Shown: in pieces, positions 37,928 to 47,650 of the stretch
How positions within the stretch are numbered: position 1 is the first letter of the stretch
Layout: every line of letters starts with the position of its first letter
DNA from: Chloroflexota bacterium
Lineage (GTDB): Bacteria > Chloroflexota > UBA11872 > VXOZ01
Direction: 5' to 3'
Assembly (NCBI GenBank): GCA_965221905.1
Contig: OZ244922.1
Location: 3,008,001-3,072,000, forward strand
Length of the DNA stretch: 64,000 bases
Notes under the pieces: generated by a model
Databases searched by the model: none
The model's input: the letters and a program-made list of their open reading frames with translations, nothing else
Told to the model about the DNA's origin: nothing
Position numbers and translations under genes: made by a program

Positions 37928-39124
37928 CGGAGGCCGGTCAGCCGCTTCCCTTTGGCATGGGCTTGCGTTCTAACGTTTTCCATTGCTGTCTAGTGCTGTC
38001 TAGCCGACCGGTCGAATTCGTAGAACAGCGAAAAATTCTAATACCGAAAATTTCGAGAATTCCCTCGCCTTGTGAAAGACTGCGAAACTTAGAACCAAGG
38101 GCGGCCTTTCGGCCGCCTACTGCAAAGTAATGCCCATGCCTTACGTAGACGATGCTCTTCTCTTGCCCCTCGGCACCAGCCTCCTGCTCTTGCTTTGGCT
38201 CTCTTTCTGCGGCGCCGTCCTCGTCCGCTTCTGCTGCTCTATTCGCAGTTGGACGCTGCTGCCTCCCCTCGGCCTCGCTGCCGGTTGCGCTATCTTCCTC
38301 GTCTGCGCCAATCTCCTCGGCAAGGTCGGCGCTCTACCTGAGGGTTCCGGAATCGCCGTCCTTGTCGGCACAGTCGGCACTGTGCCTCTGGCCTTCGGCG
38401 GCGCCTTCCTCTTGCTCAGCGCCCTCGGCATCTTCGCCTCTTTCCAATTACGGCCACACTCCTGGCAGCTACCCTCCCGTCGAACGCTCCTCGCAGTCTG
38501 CGGCTATTCCCTCTTAGCTCTCGTGCTCGCCTACGTCTGTCTCGCCATTCGCAACCAGTCCTACTTCTATGACTTCCCTACCCACTTGGCATTCGCGACT
38601 ACCATCGCACGCGACAACCTGCCCGTGCGCAACCCCTACTCTCCGGTCTCCCCCTCCGGCTACCACTACGGCGCCGCTCTCCTCGTCGCTGCCCTCTCCC
38701 GCGCCGCCGGCCTGCCCGCTGTTACCGGTTATCAACTCCTCGCTGCTTTGCAAGGCGCAGCACTTCTCCTGCTCGTCTTCGCCTTGGGCCGCGAGGCCGG
38801 TAAACTCTTCCTCTGGGGCCTTGCCTGCCTCCTCGCCGCTCTCTCCATGGGAAGCTTGGTGCTCTGGCGGCCTTTCGCCGCGTTACCTCCTGCTCTCTCT
38901 CATTTGCTTGGCGGCAATCTGTCGCTCGATGCCCTCCTCCAGTTCCCCAGCCTCCGCCAATATATCGAACTCGTCTATCCCATCGTCTCTTTCTCTTCCG
39001 ACCTCCACTGGCTCTTGATCTATCCCCATCGACTCGCGGCCTTCTTCACTGTCGCCGCGTTGGCCGTGTTGCTTGTCGGACCAGGGCGCCGACGTTGGGG
39101 CCACACCACTATGGCCTTATCTAT
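34769..39124 (+). repeat. Direct repeat of about 989 bp (34769-35757 and 38136-39124), period 3367 bp
   Basis: Identical sequence by eye and identical translations in several reading frames. Confidence 0.9.
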
Positions 39125-41288
39125 AGCCATCGCCGCTGCCATCGCTCTCTACGATGAAACTATGCTCCCCCTTGCTCTCATGGCCCTCGCTTGGCCTCTG
39201 CTCTCCCTCCGCCGTAATCCCCAACGCCTCGCCATTTGGCTCGGCGGCGCCCTGGCCGCTATCGGCCTCATTGCACTTCAAGGCGGCTCTGTCTCATACG
39301 CACTGTTTGGCAATGCCGGCACCGGCTCCCTCTTATCTCTGCGATCTGTGCCGGACGCCGCCCGCTCTGTCACCTTGACCAGAGTGCTCCCGGAAGGGTG
39401 GCTCTGGATACTCCCTCCCCTACCCCTCGCCGCCTCCGCCCTCATCTTCACCTGGAAACGCTGGTGGCTGGGGCTCATGCTCTGCGGCTTCGGCTTCGCA
39501 GGCTACCTCGGCTTTCATATTGTGGATTACCAGGGAGCCATCGGTTCTGGCCAATGGGCCCGTGTCGTGAACCTCTCATTTCTCACACTCGCTTTGGTAA
39601 CGCCCTTGGCGGTTGCCCGTCTTCTCCGTGATGCACAGCCGTGGCGCACAGCGCTTGTCGCCTTCTTACTGATGCCTGTATTCCTACCCACGCTTACCCA
39701 ACCAGCGGCCAGCATCATCTCCGATCTCCGTAAGGAAGTTACGTTTCACCACCCGGAGTCTCCAGGGCTGGTTTACACCCCCCAGATCACCGATCCATGG
39801 GTCACGCGCCGGTTATTCGAGAATCGAGATGTCTACAGGGATATCGCCCAAGTGCTGCCCGATGACAGCGTCGTGCTTACTCAACATCCCGTCTCATTCG
39901 TCATCGCAACAGGCCTACCTGCCGCCTATGGATCTATCGACGGCATTACCCTATACGCTTCCCACATCTACTTTCCCGGCCCAGCCTTCTACGATGCTTT
40001 CTGGCGACTTGATCCCGCAGCGTGGAGCTCATTAGGCGCTACTGCGGTTCTCTATCACCAAAGAATGTACTACTCACTGCCACAATCGGCGCGGGAACTC
40101 TTAGAAACCGATGGCTGGTTTTTACGCCGCAACGACGACCGCCAACTTCTGCTCTTCACTCCTACCGAGGCATTCCTCCAGTATGGCCCAACCCCTGCGA
40201 ACACTCTATCCGCATTGATGACGTTACTACCGTCTACAGATACGCTCTATCTGTCGACTGACTTACCCTTTGGGATGGGACAAGCACTTGTGCGGAAACT
40301 TAAGGATCGCCCAACGGTTGGCCTCGGGCCAGAAAATAGAGTACACCAGTGGATAACGGTAAATAGACCTGTATGGTTAACAGAAGCTGAGGCGACATGG
40401 CACGTGCGCAAGGATTCGGAGGTGCGGCTATCCGGAACACTCCCTGAGGCCGCGTTGTGGCATTGGCGCGCGCCAAGCGAAAGTGTAGGGGTCTACCCAA
40501 ACGACACGATACCGGCCTTTTCTCCCAGACTGCTTGCGGCCGGCCAGTCCTTACGCTTGCACGCAAGCCGCCAAGACCTTGTTTTGGAAGATGGGCCCAC
40601 CGTCACCTCGCCTGTGCAGTTCCGCTCACTCTCTCTCGTACTTGCCGGGCATCCTGGTAGCGTTGTCCAAGTCTGTGGCCCGACAGGATGTGCGCAACGA
40701 GACTTGGGTGGTGGGACGTGGGTCATTGGGCTGCCACTGAATGCTGATCTTTCGCAGTTCACGCTCTCCGCAGTACAAGGCGAGGCTTTCATCGCTGGTA
40801 CGCTCGGCTTCAGTGAACACCTCACTGCGGTTCGCGCACCCGGTGTCGTCCTTCGATCTCGGCAAACTGGCAACACTATTGAAGTGGATGCCAATTACTT
40901 TAATCGCCAAGGGTGGACCCAAGGGGATGGCGTAGCGTGGCACCTTGTCAAAGCAAAAACCAGTAAGGGCGAGGGCGGACTGTGGTGGCCCAGCCAGCTC
41001 ATCATCCATGGTGAGCGCGGTGACGTTCGCCTTACCCTGGACCCGTCCGGCACATTCGCCGAATATAACTTCACGACTCCCCCGTCGCTAAATCAAGTCG
41101 AAGCGTTGACTGATGCAGAATATCAGCTATACCTCGCCTTCACCATTGATCCCTTTGGGGTTGTAGATCGGGTACCTGCAGCGCGGTTTCTTGTTAGTGA
41201 GGGTTCTATCGTAGCGTTCACCCCGCTACCGCAAATAGCGCTCCTGAGCTATGGTACGGAACACGTCGAGCCATTTATTTTAGAGTAG
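38136..41288 (+). CDS. Large polytopic membrane protein (GT-C glycosyltransferase-like), copy 2
   Basis: Tandem paralogue of 34769-37927. Confidence 0.7.
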   Translation: MPYVDDALLLPLGTSLLLLLWLSFCGAVLVRFCCSIRSWTLLPPLGLAAGCAIFLVCANLLGKVGALPEGSGIAVLVGTVGTVPLAFGGAFLLLSALGIFASFQLRPHSWQLPSRRTLLAVCGYSLLALVLAYVCLAIRNQSYFYDFPTHLAFATTIARDNLPVRNPYSPVSPSGYHYGAALLVAALSRAAGLPAVTGYQLLAALQGAALLLLVFALGREAGKLFLWGLACLLAALSMGSLVLWRPFAALPPALSHLLGGNLSLDALLQFPSLRQYIELVYPIVSFSSDLHWLLIYPHRLAAFFTVAALAVLLVGPGRRRWGHTTMALSIAIAAAIALYDETMLPLALMALAWPLLSLRRNPQRLAIWLGGALAAIGLIALQGGSVSYALFGNAGTGSLLSLRSVPDAARSVTLTRVLPEGWLWILPPLPLAASALIFTWKRWWLGLMLCGFGFAGYLGFHIVDYQGAIGSGQWARVVNLSFLTLALVTPLAVARLLRDAQPWRTALVAFLLMPVFLPTLTQPAASIISDLRKEVTFHHPESPGLVYTPQITDPWVTRRLFENRDVYRDIAQVLPDDSVVLTQHPVSFVIATGLPAAYGSIDGITLYASHIYFPGPAFYDAFWRLDPAAWSSLGATAVLYHQRMYYSLPQSARELLETDGWFLRRNDDRQLLLFTPTEAFLQYGPTPANTLSALMTLLPSTDTLYLSTDLPFGMGQALVRKLKDRPTVGLGPENRVHQWITVNRPVWLTEAEATWHVRKDSEVRLSGTLPEAALWHWRAPSESVGVYPNDTIPAFSPRLLAAGQSLRLHASRQDLVLEDGPTVTSPVQFRSLSLVLAGHPGSVVQVCGPTGCAQRDLGGGTWVIGLPLNADLSQFTLSAVQGEAFIAGTLGFSEHLTAVRAPGVVLRSRQTGNTIEVDANYFNRQGWTQGDGVAWHLVKAKTSKGEGGLWWPSQLIIHGERGDVRLTLDPSGTFAEYNFTTPPSLNQVEALTDAEYQLYLAFTIDPFGVVDRVPAARFLVSEGSIVAFTPLPQIALLSYGTEHVEPFILE

Positions 41289-41590
41289 TAACATTTTTGA
41301 ACGGCAAGTGCCACGCAAGTAAGCGCCCGAGCTCTTCACTGGTGCCCATCGCAATTGCAACGAAGGAGCGAAGCAAAGGCATACCCAGGTTCGCCCAATG
41401 CCCAGATTTTACAACTGCATTCGCGCCAGATACCTAGCTCAATTGGGAGTGGTGGACGGCACTGACCGACTGTGTGCGCGGACAGGCGTGCATCCACGCC
41501 GTGGCCGAGACTAATACGGTAAAATCCATGTGTTTGAGCGGCCTTCGCTCGCCGGATTAAGATACCCTCATCTGGGAGTAAGATCACTCT

Positions 41591-42085
41591 GTGACACCCT
41601 CACAACTCATGGGCCTGCTCCACCGGCACATCGCGGCGGGCCTTGCCTCCCGGAATGAGACACTCGCGTGCGTTGAAATCGGAAGCGGCGGGCAGGTCTC
41701 CTCCTTCCTTACGTCAGAGCCGGGAAGTTCAGCCTTCTTCGCCGGCGCACTGATACTTACTGCGGATGCTTCCGTTTGGCCCCGGTCAATCATGGGCCGC
41801 TGCGGCTGGCGACATGACCCGTTGGAGAGTCTCGATCGCTTGTGCGGGCTTGCTGCAATTGCACAAAGTGAGTTTGGCGCGGATTGGGGACTTGCGGTGG
41901 TTTGCAAGGCTGCTGCAGCCCGGCACCCCGCGCATTTCGCGCTGCGTTCCCCAAGTGGCAATGCAACCCTTGAGACCGCGTTACTTTCGGAGGAAGTGCT
42001 GCAATTTGGCGGGGCACAACTGGTACATTACGTCCTACAGCACGTGGCAGAGCGCCTAACAGACTACCGTGAGGATCCACCATGA
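41591..42085 (+). CDS. Divergent CinA C-terminal / PncC-like protein
   Basis: TLACVE..SGG...S.LT..PGSSAFFAG and FGADWGLAV. Confidence 0.65.
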   Translation: MTPSQLMGLLHRHIAAGLASRNETLACVEIGSGGQVSSFLTSEPGSSAFFAGALILTADASVWPRSIMGRCGWRHDPLESLDRLCGLAAIAQSEFGADWGLAVVCKAAAARHPAHFALRSPSGNATLETALLSEEVLQFGGAQLVHYVLQHVAERLTDYREDPP

Positions 42086-42354
42086 TGCGCGCCCCCCATG
42101 ATCGCGCCGCACTCCTACTGCAAGTCGAAACCTACGACCTACAGGGAGTCGATCACTACAAACTAATGCTCGTCTGGCGAGAGGACCGTCACACCATTCA
42201 CGAAGTGCATCTTCCTGCGGATTCGGTCTACGCCGACCCCCAAGCCGGACACCGCATAGCAATCACGTACTTAATGGATACGCCCCTGCGTGTCAAACCC
42301 CTTTCAGATCCTCCAACCGACGTTTCCCCTAACAACTCGGATGCGCAAGTATAG
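42082..42354 (+). CDS. Hypothetical protein
   Basis: ATGA overlap with the upstream gene and GAGG RBS. Confidence 0.6.
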   Translation: MMRAPHDRAALLLQVETYDLQGVDHYKLMLVWREDRHTIHEVHLPADSVYADPQAGHRIAITYLMDTPLRVKPLSDPPTDVSPNNSDAQV

Positions 42355-42451
42355 GCGGGTTCGGTACTATAGCAAGAGAGTTTTAGTATTTGCTGGAAGG
42401 CGCAGGCAGTGCTCTAGACTCTGGCAACCCGCCGCTAACCAAGGAGCAAGT

Positions 42452-43582
42452 ATGCCGACAATAGAGAACGTAGAAGTTTTCTCATTTACCCTCCCTTTCA
42501 AGGGACTGTTCCGCACGTCGCGGGGGACCGTGGGCAGTGCCGCAACCGGACGTCCCATCGTGTTGACGAAACTGACCGCCAGTGACGGCACCGTCGGGTG
42601 GGGTGAAGGTTCGCCTTCCCACACGTGGTCGCCGGAGACTCGCGAATCGGTGGTGAGTGTACTCAATGATCACTTCGTTCCCGCTGTGATCGGCAAGCCG
42701 CTCGCCGATCTCGATGGCCTTCATCAAGCCATGAATGGCGCGATCGCACCCCTCTGGGGCCTGAGCATGCCAATTGCCCGCGCCGCGATTGATGTTGCGG
42801 CCCACGATGCCCTGGCGCGGCACTACGGCGCGCCCCTCTCCGACCTGCTCGCGCACCGCCGAGCGGACCGCATTCGCCTGAGCTGGACCGTGACCGGAAG
42901 CACCCCGGCTGAAGTGGAAGAAAGTCTGCGCGAGGCTGAAGAGCGCGGCTATCGAAGCTGCAATGTCAAGGTAGGTGGCTCCATGGAATGGGACCTTCAA
43001 CTCTGTGCCTTGGTGCGGAGCGCCTTTCCCGAAGGCTTTCTTTGGGCCGACGCCAATGGCGGCTTTCCGCCTCATGAGGCGCGCCAGCGGATGCATGCGC
43101 TCGTAGACACAGGCGTTGCACTGCTCGAACAGCCCGTTGCGCCGGACCGTCCCGACGTTGCAGCGCGCATTACGGCAGAATCGCCAATTCCCGTGGCGCT
43201 GGATGAGTCCATTTCCGGGCCGGTACCGTTGCTCACCATGATCAAGCAAGAAGCGCTCACAGCCTACACGTTCAAGGTCACGCGCACCGGCGGACTTTGG
43301 CCGTCCCGAATCTGTGCGTCGCTTGCGGACGCCGCCGGGCTGATGCTGGTGTGCAGCGGCCTTACCGAGTGCAGCGTGGCGTTCGCCGCCAGCGTCCATC
43401 TTGCCGCGGCATGGGGCATAGTGCACCCGTGCGCGCTAAACGGCCCACAGTTTCTCACCGACGACGTGGCAGCCAAGACCCTCCCCCGTGAGGGCGACGC
43501 GGTGCTCGTCACCGATGATCCGGGACTTGGTATCGAAGTAGACGAGGACAAAGTCCGGCATTTTGCCGCGCAGGAGGCTTGA
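42452..43582 (+). CDS. Mandelate racemase/muconate lactonising enzyme (enolase superfamily)
   Basis: GTVGWGE, ADANGG, LEQP, ALDES and PGLGIEVD. AAGGAG RBS before ATG 42452. Confidence 0.92.
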   Translation: MPTIENVEVFSFTLPFKGLFRTSRGTVGSAATGRPIVLTKLTASDGTVGWGEGSPSHTWSPETRESVVSVLNDHFVPAVIGKPLADLDGLHQAMNGAIAPLWGLSMPIARAAIDVAAHDALARHYGAPLSDLLAHRRADRIRLSWTVTGSTPAEVEESLREAEERGYRSCNVKVGGSMEWDLQLCALVRSAFPEGFLWADANGGFPPHEARQRMHALVDTGVALLEQPVAPDRPDVAARITAESPIPVALDESISGPVPLLTMIKQEALTAYTFKVTRTGGLWPSRICASLADAAGLMLVCSGLTECSVAFAASVHLAAAWGIVHPCALNGPQFLTDDVAAKTLPREGDAVLVTDDPGLGIEVDEDKVRHFAAQEA

Positions 43583-43587
43583 CCGAC

Positions 43588-44598
43588 ATGACTGGGCAAG
43601 ACCCTATTCGTACTATTCACGTTGGTGTCGGCCGCCGCGGCCGCTGGCCGCTGGAAGTGCTTACCGCCGATCCGCGATTTCGGCCCGTGGCCCTAGTCGA
43701 CGTTTCCCCCGATTTGCTCGCGGAGGCGCAGGCGCTTACGGGACTCGATGAGTCAGTTTCGTTTTCGCATCTGGAAATAGCACTCGCAACCGTGCAGGCC
43801 GACGCCGTCATCATCTGTACACCCACGGCTTTCCACGCCCCTTTGGCGAGGCTGGCGTTTGATGCGGGCAAGCACGTGCTGGTTGAAAAAGGCATGACGA
43901 CCAATTGGCAAGATGCAGTGGGTCTCGTAGCCGAGGCGGATCGCGCGGGCGTAAAGTTCTGCGTCTCGCAGAATTACCGCTATCGGCCTGAGGTGCTTAC
44001 CCTGAAATCCGCTATCGAAAGCGGCGACCACGGTACGCCGCATCTCATCGACCTGGTTCATCACCGCTTCCGGCCCACGCCCCGCACGCTGGACTATCCC
44101 TTTGCCATGGTTTGGGACATGAGCGTGCACCATCTGGATAACCTGGTCTTCTGCTTTGGGCCGGTTGCTGAAGCCACGGCAAGGAGTTTCACTGCGCCCT
44201 GGTCGCAGTACTCCCACGACGCGGGCATCTCTGCGGTGCTGCACTTTGCAAGCGGGCCCGTTGCCACGTACGCCATGACTCACATCGCCAGCTACAACGA
44301 CTATCGCTTTGTGGTGCAGAGCGCCGAAGGCGTGTTGGCCTGGGACGGTGCCGACTGGCAATGGCAGGAAACACCTGCGTTGGATTTCGGCAAGGCGCAG
44401 CCGCCCCGGGCGGTACCCCACGCGCCGGCGCCACATCGAAGCGAGCAGGGCGTTATCGACGACCTCTACCGGTACATCGTGGATGGCATCGAGCCCGGCA
44501 TCAGCGGGCGCAATAACCTGGAAATTCTCCGCGCCTGCGAGATGCTCTGCCGCTCAAGCCAAGAACAGGGCACCGTGCACAGAGATGAGGTAAGTTAG
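43588..44598 (+). CDS. Gfo/Idh/MocA family oxidoreductase
   Basis: CTPTAFH, AGKHVLVEK, SQNYRY and DMSVHHLD. Confidence 0.9.
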   Translation: MTGQDPIRTIHVGVGRRGRWPLEVLTADPRFRPVALVDVSPDLLAEAQALTGLDESVSFSHLEIALATVQADAVIICTPTAFHAPLARLAFDAGKHVLVEKGMTTNWQDAVGLVAEADRAGVKFCVSQNYRYRPEVLTLKSAIESGDHGTPHLIDLVHHRFRPTPRTLDYPFAMVWDMSVHHLDNLVFCFGPVAEATARSFTAPWSQYSHDAGISAVLHFASGPVATYAMTHIASYNDYRFVVQSAEGVLAWDGADWQWQETPALDFGKAQPPRAVPHAPAPHRSEQGVIDDLYRYIVDGIEPGISGRNNLEILRACEMLCRSSQEQGTVHRDEVS

Positions 44599-44725
44599 CG
44601 ATTTGCAGAGGGGCGCTACCGCGTTGGGTTGAGAGGTAGACCACACTGCTTAGCACAATGACTTAGAATCAAATACAATACGCCGGTCGTAATCGTAGAA
44701 AAGCAATCGACGGTATCGATTTGTA

Positions 44726-45316
44726 ATGAAAACTCGCTTTTTAGTATTGTTGGCAGCGCTCATAGCAGTCATGGCTTGCGAATCCCCGGCTGAATCCACT
44801 CTGGTTTACACGCCGGAGCGGCAGCCTACGGTTGCTCCATCGGCCACGCCTCAAAACGCGATCCCAACTCCATCTCCTGAGAGCCTCATCATGCTGCGGG
44901 ATCCGCTCGACGAGCCGGAATTCTATTGCGTAGACGTTGCGGGCTTTGGCAACAATCTAAATCTGAACAGTCCGCTCCAGGCCCACACGTGCAAGCCAGG
45001 GGCCGACGACGAACTCTTCATCTTCAACCATCCCACACCAGGTCAGTTCTACATGGACGCTTACGCTGTCTGTCTCGAGGCGGCGGAAGGCTTGCTCTAC
45101 GTGCGAGCATGCTCGGAATCACCAAACCAACGATTCGTCTTGAGCGACGACGGCGCAATTCGTTTGGGTGACTCCGATCTATGCCTCGCGGTCAAGTCCG
45201 GTGACGGTCAGCCCGCAGGCGGCAGATCGCACGTGCGCCGCGACTTGCTGCTGCAAAGCTGCGCCGACGCGGAGCAGAGCCTCACCCGTTGGTCACTGCC
45301 GGGACCGAGTCCTTAG
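44726..45316 (+). CDS. Lipoprotein with ricin-B (beta-trefoil) lectin-like domain
   Basis: Lipobox VMAC and repeated YCVDV, VCLEA, NQRF, LCLAV and TRW motifs. Confidence 0.72.
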   Translation: MKTRFLVLLAALIAVMACESPAESTLVYTPERQPTVAPSATPQNAIPTPSPESLIMLRDPLDEPEFYCVDVAGFGNNLNLNSPLQAHTCKPGADDELFIFNHPTPGQFYMDAYAVCLEAAEGLLYVRACSESPNQRFVLSDDGAIRLGDSDLCLAVKSGDGQPAGGRSHVRRDLLLQSCADAEQSLTRWSLPGPSP

Positions 45317-45401
45317 CAGCAATTCTTACCCTGCTTGCCGGCCCCGCACTTTCCCAAGTACTCACCGGCGTGGTGAGTAACGCGCCCAATCTGAGTGAAT
45401 T

Positions 45402-45631
45402 GCGCCGCGGAATTAGTAGATTTAGGCTTACATGGGTCACATGCAAGACACGTGGCCGTACCCAGGCCAAAGCCAGATTCTCAAACTGTCATTCCGAGGA
45501 GCGCAGCGACGAGGAATCTAGAGTCAGGAGCTTTCTAAATTCCTTGAACTCTGGTTCGCCGCTACGCTCGGAATGACAAGAACCGCTGCCTCGCAAAAGC
45601 TTCAAGCCTATATCTACTAATTCCGTTGCGC
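45402..45631. mobile_element. Third MITE-like unit: 28-bp inverted repeats around a REP doublet
   Basis: gcgccgcggaattagtagatttaggctt and aagcctatatctactaattccgttgcgc (3 mismatches) enclose tgtcattccgagg...ctcggaatgaca (45487-45578). Confidence 0.55.
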
Positions 45632-45638
45632 CGCTAGT

Positions 45639-45668
45639 TTGACACGCTCATTTGCCGCCTGTTATCAT
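45639..45668 (+). promoter_or_regulatory. Sigma70-type promoter of the aro operon leader
   Basis: TTGACA-N18-TATCAT with a TG extension. Confidence 0.7.
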
Positions 45669-45723
45669 GCCTCAGTATTTGCAGCGTGCCATGCACGCTT
45701 GGCAGTGCAACAAAGGAATTAGT

Positions 45724-45783
45724 GTGGTAGTCGCAGCTCTCAACTATTATTATCTGTTTATTGAGCCGGAGGGTCCGGCTTAA
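45724..45783 (+). CDS. Putative Tyr/Phe attenuator leader peptide MVVAALNYYYLFIEPEGPA
   Basis: AAAGGA RBS, GTG start, TAT-TAT-TAT-CTG-TTT codons and TAA stop. Lies between the promoter and a terminator upstream of DAHP synthase. Confidence 0.72.
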   Translation: MVVAALNYYYLFIEPEGPA

Positions 45784-45839
45784 GCAGATTTGCTTTGTCC
45801 CAGCGGACAATACGAGAGCAGACGACACCCTCCGGCGAT

Positions 45840-45873
45840 AGCAGAAAGTGAAAGACTTTCTGCTTTTTCTTTT
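45840..45873 (+). terminator. Attenuator terminator
   Basis: agcagaaagt-gaaag-actttctgct followed by ttttctttt. Confidence 0.8.
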
Positions 45874-46018
45874 ATAGAAGGGAGTAGGTGGCAGCATAGA
45901 TTCGCTAGAGCGACAACCACCGCGGAACCAGTTGTCAAAGACGTTGTGCATATAAGGCAGCCTCACACAACGAAGGCGCAATGCAGCAACTATGCAAAGG
46001 AATGAAAGGTAGAGCGAC

Positions 46019-47068
46019 ATGATTGTGATAATGCGACCCGAAGCAACACCGGAGCAGATCGCTGCCGTACGCCAGCGCATTGAAGACGAGGGCTTGGAGT
46101 CGACCGTCAGCCAAGGTGTTAATAAGGCAGTGATCGGCCTCATCGGCAAACGTCCTCCCGGCATGTTGGAGCGCGTACAGGTGCTGCCGGGAGTGGAGAT
46201 GGTCATTCCGGTTGACAAGCCGTACAAGTTCGCAGCCCGGGGTGAGGGCGGCGATGATACGCAAATTCGCGTTGGCAACGTGACCATCGGCAGCAATGAA
46301 ATTGCCGTGATTGGCGGTCCGTGCAGCGTGGAGAGTGAGGAGCAAATCGTCGCTACGGCAGAGGCCGTGAAGGAAGCGGGCGGGCACATCCTGCGGGGCG
46401 GCGCCTTCAAGCCGCGCTCCTCTCCATACAGCTTCCAAGGCAAGGGCAGAGAGGGCCTGGAGCTACTCCGCACTGCCGCAAATGCCACCGGTCTGCCCCT
46501 CATTACGGAGGTCATGGAACCCGGTAGAGTGCCGCTGGTAGCCGAATACGTCGATATCCTGCAGATCGGCACCCGCAACATGCAAAACTTCCCCCTGCTG
46601 CAAGCTGTCGGCAACACCGATAAACCGGTGCTGCTCAAACGCGGCATGGCGGCAACCATCGAAGACTTGCTGATGTCCGCGGAATACATTATGGCCGCCG
46701 GTAATATGCGCGTGATCCTCTGCGAGCGGGGCATTCGCACCTTTGAAACGGCCACCCGCAACACACTAGACCTGAGTGCCATACCGGTGATAAAAGAACA
46801 ATCTCATCTGCCGGTGATCGTCGATCCCAGTCATGCCACGGGTATGTGGGAGCTGGTAAAGCCGATGTCGCTAGCTGCTGTCGCCGCCGGAGCTGACGGT
46901 GTGATGATTGAGGTGCACCCACATCCGGAGCTGGCGCTTTCAGACGGGCCCCAGAGCGTCACACCGGCACGTTTCTTCGACATCATGGATGCCATTCGCA
47001 AAGTGGCGGCCTCGGTAGGTCGGGAAGTACCCGCCGCCACAGCCGAGATGGAAGCCGCCACCCCGTAA
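46019..47068 (+). CDS. aroF: DAHP synthase type I-beta with N-terminal regulatory (ACT-like) domain
   Basis: [40 protein letters not shown] and DPSH. Confidence 0.95.
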   Translation: MIVIMRPEATPEQIAAVRQRIEDEGLESTVSQGVNKAVIGLIGKRPPGMLERVQVLPGVEMVIPVDKPYKFAARGEGGDDTQIRVGNVTIGSNEIAVIGGPCSVESEEQIVATAEAVKEAGGHILRGGAFKPRSSPYSFQGKGREGLELLRTAANATGLPLITEVMEPGRVPLVAEYVDILQIGTRNMQNFPLLQAVGNTDKPVLLKRGMAATIEDLLMSAEYIMAAGNMRVILCERGIRTFETATRNTLDLSAIPVIKEQSHLPVIVDPSHATGMWELVKPMSLAAVAAGADGVMIEVHPHPELALSDGPQSVTPARFFDIMDAIRKVAASVGREVPAATAEMEAATP

Positions 47069-47101
47069 CCGGAACACGCATGCTTGCATGGGAAGAAAAA
47101 C

Positions 47102-47650
47102 GTGAACGCCTGGGTGCAGATGATAGCGGAGGACAAAGCAGAGGGTCAGTTACGCGCGGTCTACCAAGAGCTTCTCGGTGAAGGAAGGCAGGGCAATGTC
47201 CCTGACTTCCTTCGTTTGCACAGCCTCGTGCCCGGCGCGATTGCTCCGCTGGCCCAACTACACAGAGCCATAGCGTATGGCCCTGGCGAATTGTCGCGCG
47301 TACAACGCGAGTTGATCGCCACAGTGGTGTCAGTCATAAACGGCTGCGCACTCTGCCAGGAACTCCATAGCCGCCTGCTTCTCCATCGCACACGTGACGA
47401 AGCGCTCGTGGCGCAAGTCCTACGCGACTTTCGCAGCGCGCCGCTCTCGGCGGCGGACCGCGCATTGCTAGAGTATGCGGCAAAGCTCACGACTTCACCG
47501 GCCGCCGTAACCCAGGAAGACGTTGGCCGCCTGCGCCGGATCGGCTTTAGCGACGCAGCTATCGTCGAGACGGCTACGCAAACCGCACTCTTCAATTACC
47601 TGAATCGCGTCATTCAAGGTCTCGGTCTTGGAGAACCTGCCCTACCATGA
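47102..47650 (+). CDS. AhpD/carboxymuconolactone decarboxylase family (peroxidase-related) protein
   Basis: LSR.QRELIATVVS..NGCALC...H and FNYLNR. Confidence 0.85.
   Translation: MNAWVQMIAEDKAEGQLRAVYQELLGEGRQGNVPDFLRLHSLVPGAIAPLAQLHRAIAYGPGELSRVQRELIATVVSVINGCALCQELHSRLLLHRTRDEALVAQVLRDFRSAPLSAADRALLEYAAKLTTSPAAVTQEDVGRLRRIGFSDAAIVETATQTALFNYLNRVIQGLGLGEPALP

Noticed and set aside
34769-41288. Diversity-generating retroelement (TR/VR pair)
   Set aside because: No reverse transcriptase, and the differences are not adenine-specific.
45878-45935. T-box riboswitch upstream of aroF
   Set aside because: No proper T-box consensus ahead of the terminator; the leader-peptide model fits better.
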